Program-made: the position numbers and the translations under genes
Shown: in pieces, positions 17,714 through 26,384 of the stretch
Numbering within the stretch: the stretch's first letter is position 1
Layout of the letters: every line of letters begins with the position of its first letter
The notes under the pieces: model-generated
The model's input: the letters and a program-made list of their open reading frames with translations, nothing else
Database searches by the model: none
What the model was told of the DNA's origin: nothing
NCBI GenBank assembly: GCA_012512865.1
Contig: JAAZDH010000115.1
Location: 1 to 37,454, forward strand
Direction of reading: 5' to 3'
DNA length: 37,454 nt
DNA from: Clostridiaceae bacterium
Lineage (GTDB): Bacteria > Bacillota > Clostridia > Acetivibrionales > DUMC01

Positions 17714-19417
17714 ATGGCTACGTTGGCAATGCCGAGTACCTTGGAAAGTACGGCAAGCTTTAGTTATGAGAGGGATGACTATGCAAGCTACTTGGTTGTC
17801 AAGGTTGAAGATGTAAGCAAAATAATCAATTACCAGGCCGACATGATCCTGAATAATAAAATACCGGGCTTGCTGCCTTTTGATGTAAGGAGAAAAAACA
17901 ACGAGGTATATTTCTATTACAATATAACTTCAAAATTTGCACTTTCGCAGTTTTTAAACAGGGTGAGAATAAAAAAGGAGCAGCTTATAGATATTATGCT
18001 GCAAATTACCAGGGCTATGCTTTCAGGCATGAACTTCCTTTTATACAACAAGTGCTTTATTTTCCATGAAAACTACATGTTCGTAAATCCTGCAACCTGC
18101 GAAGTCTACCTTGTATATTTGCCGATACAGGTTGATGCCGATGTGAACAAGGCATTAAGGGATTTTATTATCAACATGGTGATATATTCTGCCGACATCT
18201 CGGAAGATGATGGCACGGAAAATTACATATGCAAAATCCTAAATTACGTGAAGTGTGAAACCTTTAATGTTGCTGATTTTAACAGGTTGCTGGTGAGATT
18301 GGAAAATGAAGAGGCAAAAGGAACAACGGCGGAAAAAAACCAGGGGAAGGGTAAACATGCGGGCACCGGTGAAGAATACCATGCGATGAATGATAATGGG
18401 AATGTAGCTAAAAATTTGGCATACAGCGGTAGTGATGCTAGGAATAGGTGCAGCAAAAAGGGAAAAAGGCATGGTATTGCAAAGGGTGATTTTAAGACTA
18501 ATTTCCAGTCCATGATGCGAAAAAATTGCATTGCATATGCAATTTTGGCGGTTTTGCAGGTTATATTGGTTTTGCTCATCCTCTCATGCGGCAACTTTCT
18601 AAGGTGCCTGGGAGGAGATATAAGAACGTCATACGTTGCTGCTGGCCTAATTGTTGTTGCGGTGGAAGTACTTGCTTTTAAGAACTTACTTTGGAAGCTT
18701 AAAGCAGGGGGTAAGAATGAATGTCGGGGGGCGGGGGCGGATGTGTACACGGGTAAGGGTGTATGTAGAAGTTTGACCGGAGTTGGGATTGGGAGTATGG
18801 CTGGGGATCCAGGCACCTGTAGGAGTGTTGACATGAATGCAAGTACGGATGAGAACTTGGCATGGAATGCCGGCGGTAATATAAGTGAGGGTATGGAAGA
18901 GAAATATGGCAGCTTTGTTGAAGATTTGTACGATTTAAACAATACAAGACCGGATGGCCTGGAAAATGAAAATTACAGCATTCAACCCACGGAAAGAAGG
19001 AACTGTGAACATGAAAGCAAGGGAGGATATTCAGCATGTACAGATGTTCAAGGGGGGCAATGGGGGATTGATGCCGGATTCGGAGATAACACTGTTTTCC
19101 TGGCAGTTGAAAGGAACAAAAAACCATTTCTTAGGCAGGAAGGCGATGGGTTCGTTGAAGAGACATTAATCAACAAGGAGGATTTCTTGATAGGAAGGCT
19201 TGGCGGCCAAGTCGATTATGTAGTTAAAAACAAGGCCGTAGGTAAAATACATGCACAGGTTATAAGCCGTGGGGGCAAGTATTATATTAAAGACTTAAAT
19301 TCCAAGAACGGGACGTATATAAACCATACCAGGATTGACAGCAATATTGAGTACGAGATAAAGGACGGGGACAGGATTACGTTTGCCAATAGCGAGCATA
19401 TTTTCATATTGAAATAG
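17714..19417 (+). CDS. FHA domain-containing two-TM membrane protein with DUF6382-like N-terminal domain
   Basis: The C-terminal FHA domain reads FLIGRLGGQVDYVV...HAQVISRGGKYYIKDLNSKNGTYINHTRI...DGDRITFAN. Two hydrophobic helices lie near aa 272-294 and 306-327. The N-terminal roughly 190 aa resemble the domain found on Firmicute FHA proteins next to Tad loci. Confidence 0.8.
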   Translation: MATLAMPSTLESTASFSYERDDYASYLVVKVEDVSKIINYQADMILNNKIPGLLPFDVRRKNNEVYFYYNITSKFALSQFLNRVRIKKEQLIDIMLQITRAMLSGMNFLLYNKCFIFHENYMFVNPATCEVYLVYLPIQVDADVNKALRDFIINMVIYSADISEDDGTENYICKILNYVKCETFNVADFNRLLVRLENEEAKGTTAEKNQGKGKHAGTGEEYHAMNDNGNVAKNLAYSGSDARNRCSKKGKRHGIAKGDFKTNFQSMMRKNCIAYAILAVLQVILVLLILSCGNFLRCLGGDIRTSYVAAGLIVVAVEVLAFKNLLWKLKAGGKNECRGAGADVYTGKGVCRSLTGVGIGSMAGDPGTCRSVDMNASTDENLAWNAGGNISEGMEEKYGSFVEDLYDLNNTRPDGLENENYSIQPTERRNCEHESKGGYSACTDVQGGQWGIDAGFGDNTVFLAVERNKKPFLRQEGDGFVEETLINKEDFLIGRLGGQVDYVVKNKAVGKIHAQVISRGGKYYIKDLNSKNGTYINHTRIDSNIEYEIKDGDRITFANSEHIFILK

Positions 19418-19611
19418 TAAAGTAGTGAAACAATGCTTGAAATAATAGGTTAGTATTTGAAAAAGTGAAACAGCGTTTTTGGAATGGTTCAAATATCCAT
19501 TAAGAAATAGCATCGGAAACAGTGGTTAAAAATCACTAATTAATAATCACTAGTATAAAAAATATCGATGAAAATGCAATTAACACAGGGGAAAACGGGA
19601 GGTTGCAAGCA

Positions 19612-20643
19612 ATGAAAAAGAAATGCATTGCAATTATGATGATGACAATTGCGATAATACTGGCAAATAGCGTTATGATGGGGTTCAATACTGCTGCAGA
19701 AGGAGTTGACGAGTTTACCGATACCCATGAGCACTGGAGCAGGGAATATGTAAACAGGCTGGCACAGCTTGAGATAATAGCTGGCTACCCCGACGGCAGG
19801 TTTGGACCGGAGGATACTTTAAAGGTTGATGAATTTCTTAAAATGACCCTGAGAGCGATTGGGCACAAGGTGGAAGAAGGAATGGATTACTGGGCTGAAT
19901 CGTACATAAAACTGGCCAAGGATGAAGGAATTATCGGTGAAAACGAGTTCACCGATTACAGGCGTCCGATACGCAGGGAAGAAGCAGCGGTAATAATAGT
20001 AAAGGCAGCGCTAAAGATAGAAGATGCACCCATACCCAACCATACAAGCTATGCGAAACGGAGAATACCTGATTATTACGACATAGGCGACGAATACAAG
20101 CAGGAAGTGTTGTATGCCTATTCCATGGGATTCATAACAGGTGCCGGCGATGGTGCGTTTTTGCCCAAAAAAACACTCACCAGGGGCGAAGGCGCAGCAA
20201 TAATAATGCGCTACCTGGATAAAAGCATGAGAAGGCCAATGAGACCGGAGGACAGTGAGATTGTAATTGTATCAAATACTTTTAATGGATTAACTTATGA
20301 AATTTATCAACCATCAAAACCTGAGGTGATAGATGTAATAAGGTTAATGCAAAGTAATATGAGTAAAAGCAAAGGATTTGCTTCTTTAGCATATAACTCC
20401 ACGGATGAAGTTATATTTTTTGACTTTTATATAAGTAAAGAAGGATACGAAGAAAGTACCATATTTACTGATTGTAGTTTAATTATACGAATGGCCGAAT
20501 GGGATCTTGACAATTACTTTTTTATTGTATCTAATCCCGAAAACACAAAAGAACTACACAGGGATGTATTTGTAGATATGTTTAAACATCCGTTCGGCAA
20601 AGATGCAGAGAAAGTAATAAATGATTTTGATTACTTTATTTAA
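19612..20643 (+). CDS. S-layer homology (3xSLH) domain protein with signal peptide and unknown C-terminal domain
   Basis: A signal peptide (MKKKCIAIMMMTIAIILANSVMMGFNTAAEG) is followed by three SLH repeats: FTDTHEHWSREYVNRLAQLEIIAGYPDGRFGP..., YIKLAKDEGIIG... and YKQEVLYAYSMGFITGAGDGAFLPKKTLTRGEGAAII. The ATG at 19612 sits 9 nt after GGGAGG. Confidence 0.85.
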   Translation: MKKKCIAIMMMTIAIILANSVMMGFNTAAEGVDEFTDTHEHWSREYVNRLAQLEIIAGYPDGRFGPEDTLKVDEFLKMTLRAIGHKVEEGMDYWAESYIKLAKDEGIIGENEFTDYRRPIRREEAAVIIVKAALKIEDAPIPNHTSYAKRRIPDYYDIGDEYKQEVLYAYSMGFITGAGDGAFLPKKTLTRGEGAAIIMRYLDKSMRRPMRPEDSEIVIVSNTFNGLTYEIYQPSKPEVIDVIRLMQSNMSKSKGFASLAYNSTDEVIFFDFYISKEGYEESTIFTDCSLIIRMAEWDLDNYFFIVSNPENTKELHRDVFVDMFKHPFGKDAEKVINDFDYFI

Positions 20644-20786
20644 TTGAGCATCCAGGGTATGGGCGGAATAACAAGAAAATATATGCTTAACAACAGGGAA
20701 GTATGGTTTACAAAAATAGAAAATAATTCAAGATTCAGCCTGACAATAGATATTCTTAAATAAAAGAAGGCAGGTGAAAGCCCATA

Positions 20787-23700
20787 ATGATGCAGAGAAT
20801 AAGATCAGTATGCCTTATAGTTGTAATACTATTACTGGTATTCATGCTTTCTGTACCTGTTGTATATGCAGCAGATGAAAGCGTAATGTATTATGAAAAG
20901 GGATTTTCCCCGGAATTTTATGACGAAAGCAATAAAGACGTGTTTGAAAGTATAAAAAGTGAATTGCCTGCAGGAACGAAATCAACAATAACGGCAAAAG
21001 GCAATGTGCTCCCGTTTAACTACAGGCTATGGCTTGCTAAAAATATCGTAGTATATGGCAACTATTTAATGGTACCTGGGAACGACTTCAAGGCGGAAAG
21101 CGACAGCCCGTATGGCGTAGGATATTATAGTAAGAACGGAAAGCGTGGCGAATACCGTTACCATGGTTTTGATGCAGCAGGAAACCATTATAGTAATACC
21201 TGGTGGACAATAGACACAGCACCTGATCCAAATATAAATGATAATAGATGGATATATAGACCATGGGATGATCCATATAGATTAGTTGATGCAAGTGATT
21301 ATAACGAAGCAGCAGAAAGAAATGTTTCACTAGAAGATAAAAAAACCAGGGATTGGATAAACCGGCCTATAGTAAAGCCTAGCGATGTAACAGGTGAGCC
21401 AGTAATACTCACATTTGAGAATGTAATAGCTAAAAGTGGTGTAACTCCGCAAAGGCTGGCACATAATATTATACATATAATGTCCCCTCCAAGCATACTA
21501 TATCCCGGGGAAGGGAAAGCATGGCACAGGGGGCGGAACAACCAGATATACTATCGCACCTTTACCCTGGACAAGCTGGAACATGCAGACAAGGAAATGA
21601 CAGATGTTGAAGCAACTATAAGAATACTGACACCTGAAGATAAATTAACAGTATTGGATTTTGGCACGCTTAACACGCAAGAATACCTGGATAGCGAAAT
21701 AACTGTTGAAATAGAAGTAACAGGCATACTAAGGGATGAAGAGTATTACAACGATCCTGTGAAGAAAGTTGTAAGGTATACCAGGGATGATATAAAGGAT
21801 TGGACAATATCCCTCGGCAGCGATAATGTAATGGATAACATTAAGTCTATAGACTATAACAAAGGAAAGGCCGTATTCACGAAAAAATACCAGGTAAAAA
21901 CCATATTTGCACAAAATACTTTCCCTCTAAACGGCAACGCCAGGGTTAACTTCAAGAACAATGCTAACAACAGTGCAGATGCCAGTATTGACCTTGTATT
22001 TAAAATTGAAAAAATACCCGTACCGACAAAAGTAATAAATAAGCAAATGACACCCGTTGCTGCAACACTGGAAGTACTTGCATCCCAAGAAGATTTAACT
22101 ATTATGGATTACGGGGAAAAGAATACCCAGGAATATCTTAACAGCTTAGTACCGGTACCTATTAGGGTAAAGGGAATACTCATGGATGAATCCTTCTACA
22201 ATAACCCTGAAGAAAGAGAAAAGAAATACAACAGGGATGATATCCATAGCTGGACCATGAGTATAAATGATGAAACATACCACAACATCCAACCTGGTAC
22301 ATATCATAAAAACATAGGGGAAGCTATAATAACTCTTGCTTTTACCAGGGGAGATATATTAAGTAAGCAAACATGGATCCTTAACGGGTATGCTGAATCC
22401 CTGTTCCTGGACAGGAAAACAAGCAGGGGAGATGCATCATGCACGGTAACTTTTAAAATACAACAGGCTCCACCGGGGGAAATACCACAACCGGAAGATC
22501 CTCCAGGACCACCACCTGAACCACTGCCACCGCCAGTTATAATACAACCAAAATGCAATGTACCAGAAATAGGCTTTGACATAATACCATTTCCTGCTTT
22601 CGATGAAACAGAAATGGAACAGGTTGCTTCAAGAAAAGTCTTTATAAACGGGGTAGAAATCGACGGTGACAAATTTTTCAGTGGAAATTACGTATTCGGC
22701 GATGGAAAAGATGGAATAAAGAAAATAGACATTACTTATGAGAGCACTGATGGCATTATCAGTGCAGTGACCGAATGGGCATATATATACAGCACAAAAC
22801 CGATAGCACAGTTTAAACTTGATGGAACATTCAAAGAAAACAGGAAACTTACTGTGACAGAAAACTGCCAGGAGGGCAATGTTAGCTTAGTCCTGGAAGA
22901 GTACCCTATAGTATCATATGAATGGAGATTAACAAGCGTAGATGCAAACCCAGGCTCACTCAAGGTAAAAGCGCCGACATCCAGCAAGTACCGGGAATTT
23001 CTATGCATAGAACCTGGCATATACAGGGTGGAGCTTACTGTAACAAATACGCTCGGCAGACAATCAGATCCTTATATCCTGGATTTTGTTATATACGAAG
23101 ATACACCGCCCGCAATAGAAATGAACATATGGAATGGCGTGCTGACCAGGGGAGAACAGCTGAGCCTTTACTATTCAACAAGCAGTGTGGATGGGGATAC
23201 AATAGCTGCAAATACCCTAAAACTGTATTATGACAGTGATAATGATGGGATATGCGAACAACTGCTAATGACATTCACAAATGGCGATTTTACTGGATTT
23301 GCACCGGATAGACTGGGTAAATATAAACTTGCGGCCACGGCAGCGGAAGAATTTGGCCAGGACACGATACCGGAGTTTGTAACAGCATCAGACAGGAAGA
23401 CAAAAACCCTGGAAAGTGAATTTTGGGTAGATAATCTTATCCCAATAACTGACCTATATGTTAATATCCCGATAATAAAACCTGAAATAGACCTGTTTAT
23501 AATGATGGACAAAAACTTAAACGATACATCAAAGCAATATATCATGTCAAATAGGATAAACTTCAATAACTACCTTAGAAGCAAAAACATACTGTCCAAG
23601 GTAGAAAACTGGGATATGAAAACCTATGAATATTCTCAAACGGTAAGCGATACCAGGCGTACAGGAGAATCGTACCCGCCATCAAGCATATCATATTCCA

Positions 23701-26384
23701 GCGGAGGTTATTCCGGTACATTAACCAGGTATAACGTAGTAGATAACGGGGAATACAGGGATTTTGGAAGGTATGTAACCAGGACCGAATCAAAGGAGTT
23801 TAAAAGGACGCACTCAAACACGATAACAACAGAGTGGTGGAACGATTATGGAACCTGGGAGATATTCCGCAGGACAGAATCCAACCCCGAACCTTCAAGT
23901 TACTATATAAACGAAGACGGGTATTCAGGAAGCATACCAAAAGTAAACAGAAACGGCCCATATAATTACAGAGAGTATGACAAAGAGTATGCCCCAAAAG
24001 AATTTGCAAGATACCACAGCAACACCGTAACAGATTATTATTCCGTGGAATATGGTTATCTCATAGATAGTATTAACAGCAGCCCTGCACCTTCAAGCTA
24101 TTATATAAACGAGGACGGGTATTCAGGAAGTATACCAAGAGTAGGCACAAACGGACCATATAACAGGACAGAAGGTTACACGTATTATATGGGGTATTAC
24201 TGCTGGTACGTAAGGCAAACATTTGAAGCTGTATATAGGGGTACTCTTACGAAGCTAAAATACTACAAAACCGATGAAACATATATAAGCACATATAGGG
24301 GAACACTGACAAAATCAATTACGGTATGGGAACCTGATGTTAGATGGGTAAGCGATTACGTAGGCTATTATTCAGGGAAGGTATATAAATATGTACGGCA
24401 GCCGTATACTAATCCGTTTAGGCCTACATCGTATAAATATATTGTATATGTAAGTGATAGCAAGGTAAATGAACTCTCGGATCTTCAGATGGTAATGTCA
24501 AAAGCAGATGCAAAATTAATCCTTGTAGGCAATGAAAGCATAAAATCGCAGGTAAGCCATGATCTATACATATCAAAAGACAAACCTGTAAATGAAATAA
24601 TGCAGGAAGTAATGGACTATATAGCTACAAGCTGTCCGGCTGTAGAAAAGTATTATGTTCTTGCCGGCATTGATACATTTGAAATAAAAACAATGAACTA
24701 CGACGAGGAAGGGGACCCGATAGTCGAGGAAAAATTCCAGTACGTGCAGGATCCTTACTACTATGATAACCCAACAGGGATGGAAAGCTTTGCAGCAGCC
24801 GAGTTCTCGGAGGACAACAACTGGACGGATACCAAGGTTGGCATGTTCAATAAGACGGGTGAATTCAGGATATTTAGAAGGATCAAGGATATGCCTTCAA
24901 CGGATCCTAATTTTGCAAATTATTCATATTATTCCGGGATACCTGAACTGATAATATACGCCCATAGAAAACCCATTGCAAACGCTGTATTGGACTGGGA
25001 TTATAATACTAGCAGGGGCGTGTACAAAACCAGGTGGGTGGACTTGTCATATGACCCGGACCACCAGTATTCAAGGGAAGATAGAGGGATTACAGGGAGA
25101 AAAATTATGTTCAGGAGGAACATGGGCGAGTGGTATTATTATATCCCCGAAGAACTTGTGCCCGGTAATTATGAGCTCAAATATTTCGTAAAAGATGTTG
25201 AAGGTGTATGGTCCGACCCGTTTACCATGAACTTCACCTTGGAACAAGCACCTTCCGTCCAGTTTATTGATGCAAAGCTGAGACCTAAAGATCCGCAGTT
25301 TACCCTTGATGCAATACCTGCCTCGGAATACCTGGAAGTGTATGATGCGTGGACAAGGTACCCTTATGATATAAAACTGGAAATGGCATTATATAAGGGA
25401 AGTACCAGGATATACCCCTTGAAGACGGTATACTATGATAGCTCTGCCGGAACCAGGGAAGGCAACGACATACGGTGGAATAATATAAGCTACATGATAC
25501 CGGAAACGGTGACGGACGGAAGTTATACTTTCAGGATTGCTGCAGTGGATGTCAACGACCCAGGCAAGCGGGAAGAAAAAAGCTTTGATGTAACGGTATC
25601 TACACCGGTCAACCTGGTGCCTGTTCTACCCGAAAAGGCGATGAGCGGGATGAACATTGATGTACGTGCAAGCACCAGCAAGTATGCCAATACCGTAAGG
25701 GCCGTTTTGTTCCACGGTACAGGCAACCAGTCCTCTATAAACCTTTCGGGCGTACTTTCAGGTAATGGGAAAGAGTGGACAAGCACATTCAGCGTCCCGG
25801 CCAGCATACCTGATGGAACATATACGGCCAGGTGCACGGCAACAACCCCGGCAGGGAAAAGTGAAACGAAGGATGTCCAATTTAAGATTGAGTCGTTGAA
25901 AATCACCGGGGTGACCATCGAGGGATACTGGAACCATTGGAGAGGGCAGATGGATATGTTTGAGAATAGGCGTCTCACAAACGAGCCTCACAGGTTCTTA
26001 AGCCTTGAAAGGGTGAAGATAAACGTGTATACTGACGGGTACGCGGACAGGGTTGAGATAAGATTCAGCCCGGAACTTGAGTCAATGAAATATAGGGACA
26101 GCAATAACAACTGGTATAATTACAGGGAGGACTTCGGGCTGGAATATGTTTATTTCCCCGTGGTTTTTGAATTGGACAATACCAGGAAAGAAAACCATGT
26201 ATACTGGGAATATATACTTCCCCTGGCGGATAGCACGGTATCATGGGATAACGTGAGGAAAAAGCCACCATATAAAATGGAGGTGACGGTGTGGAAGGGT
26301 GAAAAATCGGCAACCTGGGTGGTGGATGATATTGATATAACGGGCAATATTTATGATTTAACCCACATACAGCCGCTTAATTAA
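20787..26384 (+). CDS. giant (1865 aa) secreted multidomain surface protein, function unknown (adhesin-like; PKD/Ig-like modules)
   Basis: - One uninterrupted 5.6 kb ORF.
- Signal peptide with a VYA/AD cleavage-type site.
- Duplicated roughly 140-aa domain (aa 272-409 and 422-560).
- Pro-rich linker (aa 561-585).
- PKD-like module (YEWRL...GIYRVELTVTNTLGRQS).
- Duplicated roughly 66-aa Tyr-rich module (aa 1003-1136).
- Beta-rich Ig-like C-terminal modules.
- No LPXTG, SLH or terminal TM anchor. Confidence 0.85.
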   Translation: MMQRIRSVCLIVVILLLVFMLSVPVVYAADESVMYYEKGFSPEFYDESNKDVFESIKSELPAGTKSTITAKGNVLPFNYRLWLAKNIVVYGNYLMVPGNDFKAESDSPYGVGYYSKNGKRGEYRYHGFDAAGNHYSNTWWTIDTAPDPNINDNRWIYRPWDDPYRLVDASDYNEAAERNVSLEDKKTRDWINRPIVKPSDVTGEPVILTFENVIAKSGVTPQRLAHNIIHIMSPPSILYPGEGKAWHRGRNNQIYYRTFTLDKLEHADKEMTDVEATIRILTPEDKLTVLDFGTLNTQEYLDSEITVEIEVTGILRDEEYYNDPVKKVVRYTRDDIKDWTISLGSDNVMDNIKSIDYNKGKAVFTKKYQVKTIFAQNTFPLNGNARVNFKNNANNSADASIDLVFKIEKIPVPTKVINKQMTPVAATLEVLASQEDLTIMDYGEKNTQEYLNSLVPVPIRVKGILMDESFYNNPEEREKKYNRDDIHSWTMSINDETYHNIQPGTYHKNIGEAIITLAFTRGDILSKQTWILNGYAESLFLDRKTSRGDASCTVTFKIQQAPPGEIPQPEDPPGPPPEPLPPPVIIQPKCNVPEIGFDIIPFPAFDETEMEQVASRKVFINGVEIDGDKFFSGNYVFGDGKDGIKKIDITYESTDGIISAVTEWAYIYSTKPIAQFKLDGTFKENRKLTVTENCQEGNVSLVLEEYPIVSYEWRLTSVDANPGSLKVKAPTSSKYREFLCIEPGIYRVELTVTNTLGRQSDPYILDFVIYEDTPPAIEMNIWNGVLTRGEQLSLYYSTSSVDGDTIAANTLKLYYDSDNDGICEQLLMTFTNGDFTGFAPDRLGKYKLAATAAEEFGQDTIPEFVTASDRKTKTLESEFWVDNLIPITDLYVNIPIIKPEIDLFIMMDKNLNDTSKQYIMSNRINFNNYLRSKNILSKVENWDMKTYEYSQTVSDTRRTGESYPPSSISYSSGGYSGTLTRYNVVDNGEYRDFGRYVTRTESKEFKRTHSNTITTEWWNDYGTWEIFRRTESNPEPSSYYINEDGYSGSIPKVNRNGPYNYREYDKEYAPKEFARYHSNTVTDYYSVEYGYLIDSINSSPAPSSYYINEDGYSGSIPRVGTNGPYNRTEGYTYYMGYYCWYVRQTFEAVYRGTLTKLKYYKTDETYISTYRGTLTKSITVWEPDVRWVSDYVGYYSGKVYKYVRQPYTNPFRPTSYKYIVYVSDSKVNELSDLQMVMSKADAKLILVGNESIKSQVSHDLYISKDKPVNEIMQEVMDYIATSCPAVEKYYVLAGIDTFEIKTMNYDEEGDPIVEEKFQYVQDPYYYDNPTGMESFAAAEFSEDNNWTDTKVGMFNKTGEFRIFRRIKDMPSTDPNFANYSYYSGIPELIIYAHRKPIANAVLDWDYNTSRGVYKTRWVDLSYDPDHQYSREDRGITGRKIMFRRNMGEWYYYIPEELVPGNYELKYFVKDVEGVWSDPFTMNFTLEQAPSVQFIDAKLRPKDPQFTLDAIPASEYLEVYDAWTRYPYDIKLEMALYKGSTRIYPLKTVYYDSSAGTREGNDIRWNNISYMIPETVTDGSYTFRIAAVDVNDPGKREEKSFDVTVSTPVNLVPVLPEKAMSGMNIDVRASTSKYANTVRAVLFHGTGNQSSINLSGVLSGNGKEWTSTFSVPASIPDGTYTARCTATTPAGKSETKDVQFKIESLKITGVTIEGYWNHWRGQMDMFENRRLTNEPHRFLSLERVKINVYTDGYADRVEIRFSPELESMKYRDSNNNWYNYREDFGLEYVYFPVVFELDNTRKENHVYWEYILPLADSTVSWDNVRKKPPYKMEVTVWKGEKSATWVVDDIDITGNIYDLTHIQPLN

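Noticed and set aside
22344-22430. Two RGD tripeptides (TRGDIL, SRGDAS) in the second copy of the duplicated domain of the giant protein, as possible integrin-binding motifs.
   Set aside because: Tripeptide matches are expected by chance in 1865 residues. The first domain copy lacks them, and nothing else suggests an animal-host lifestyle.
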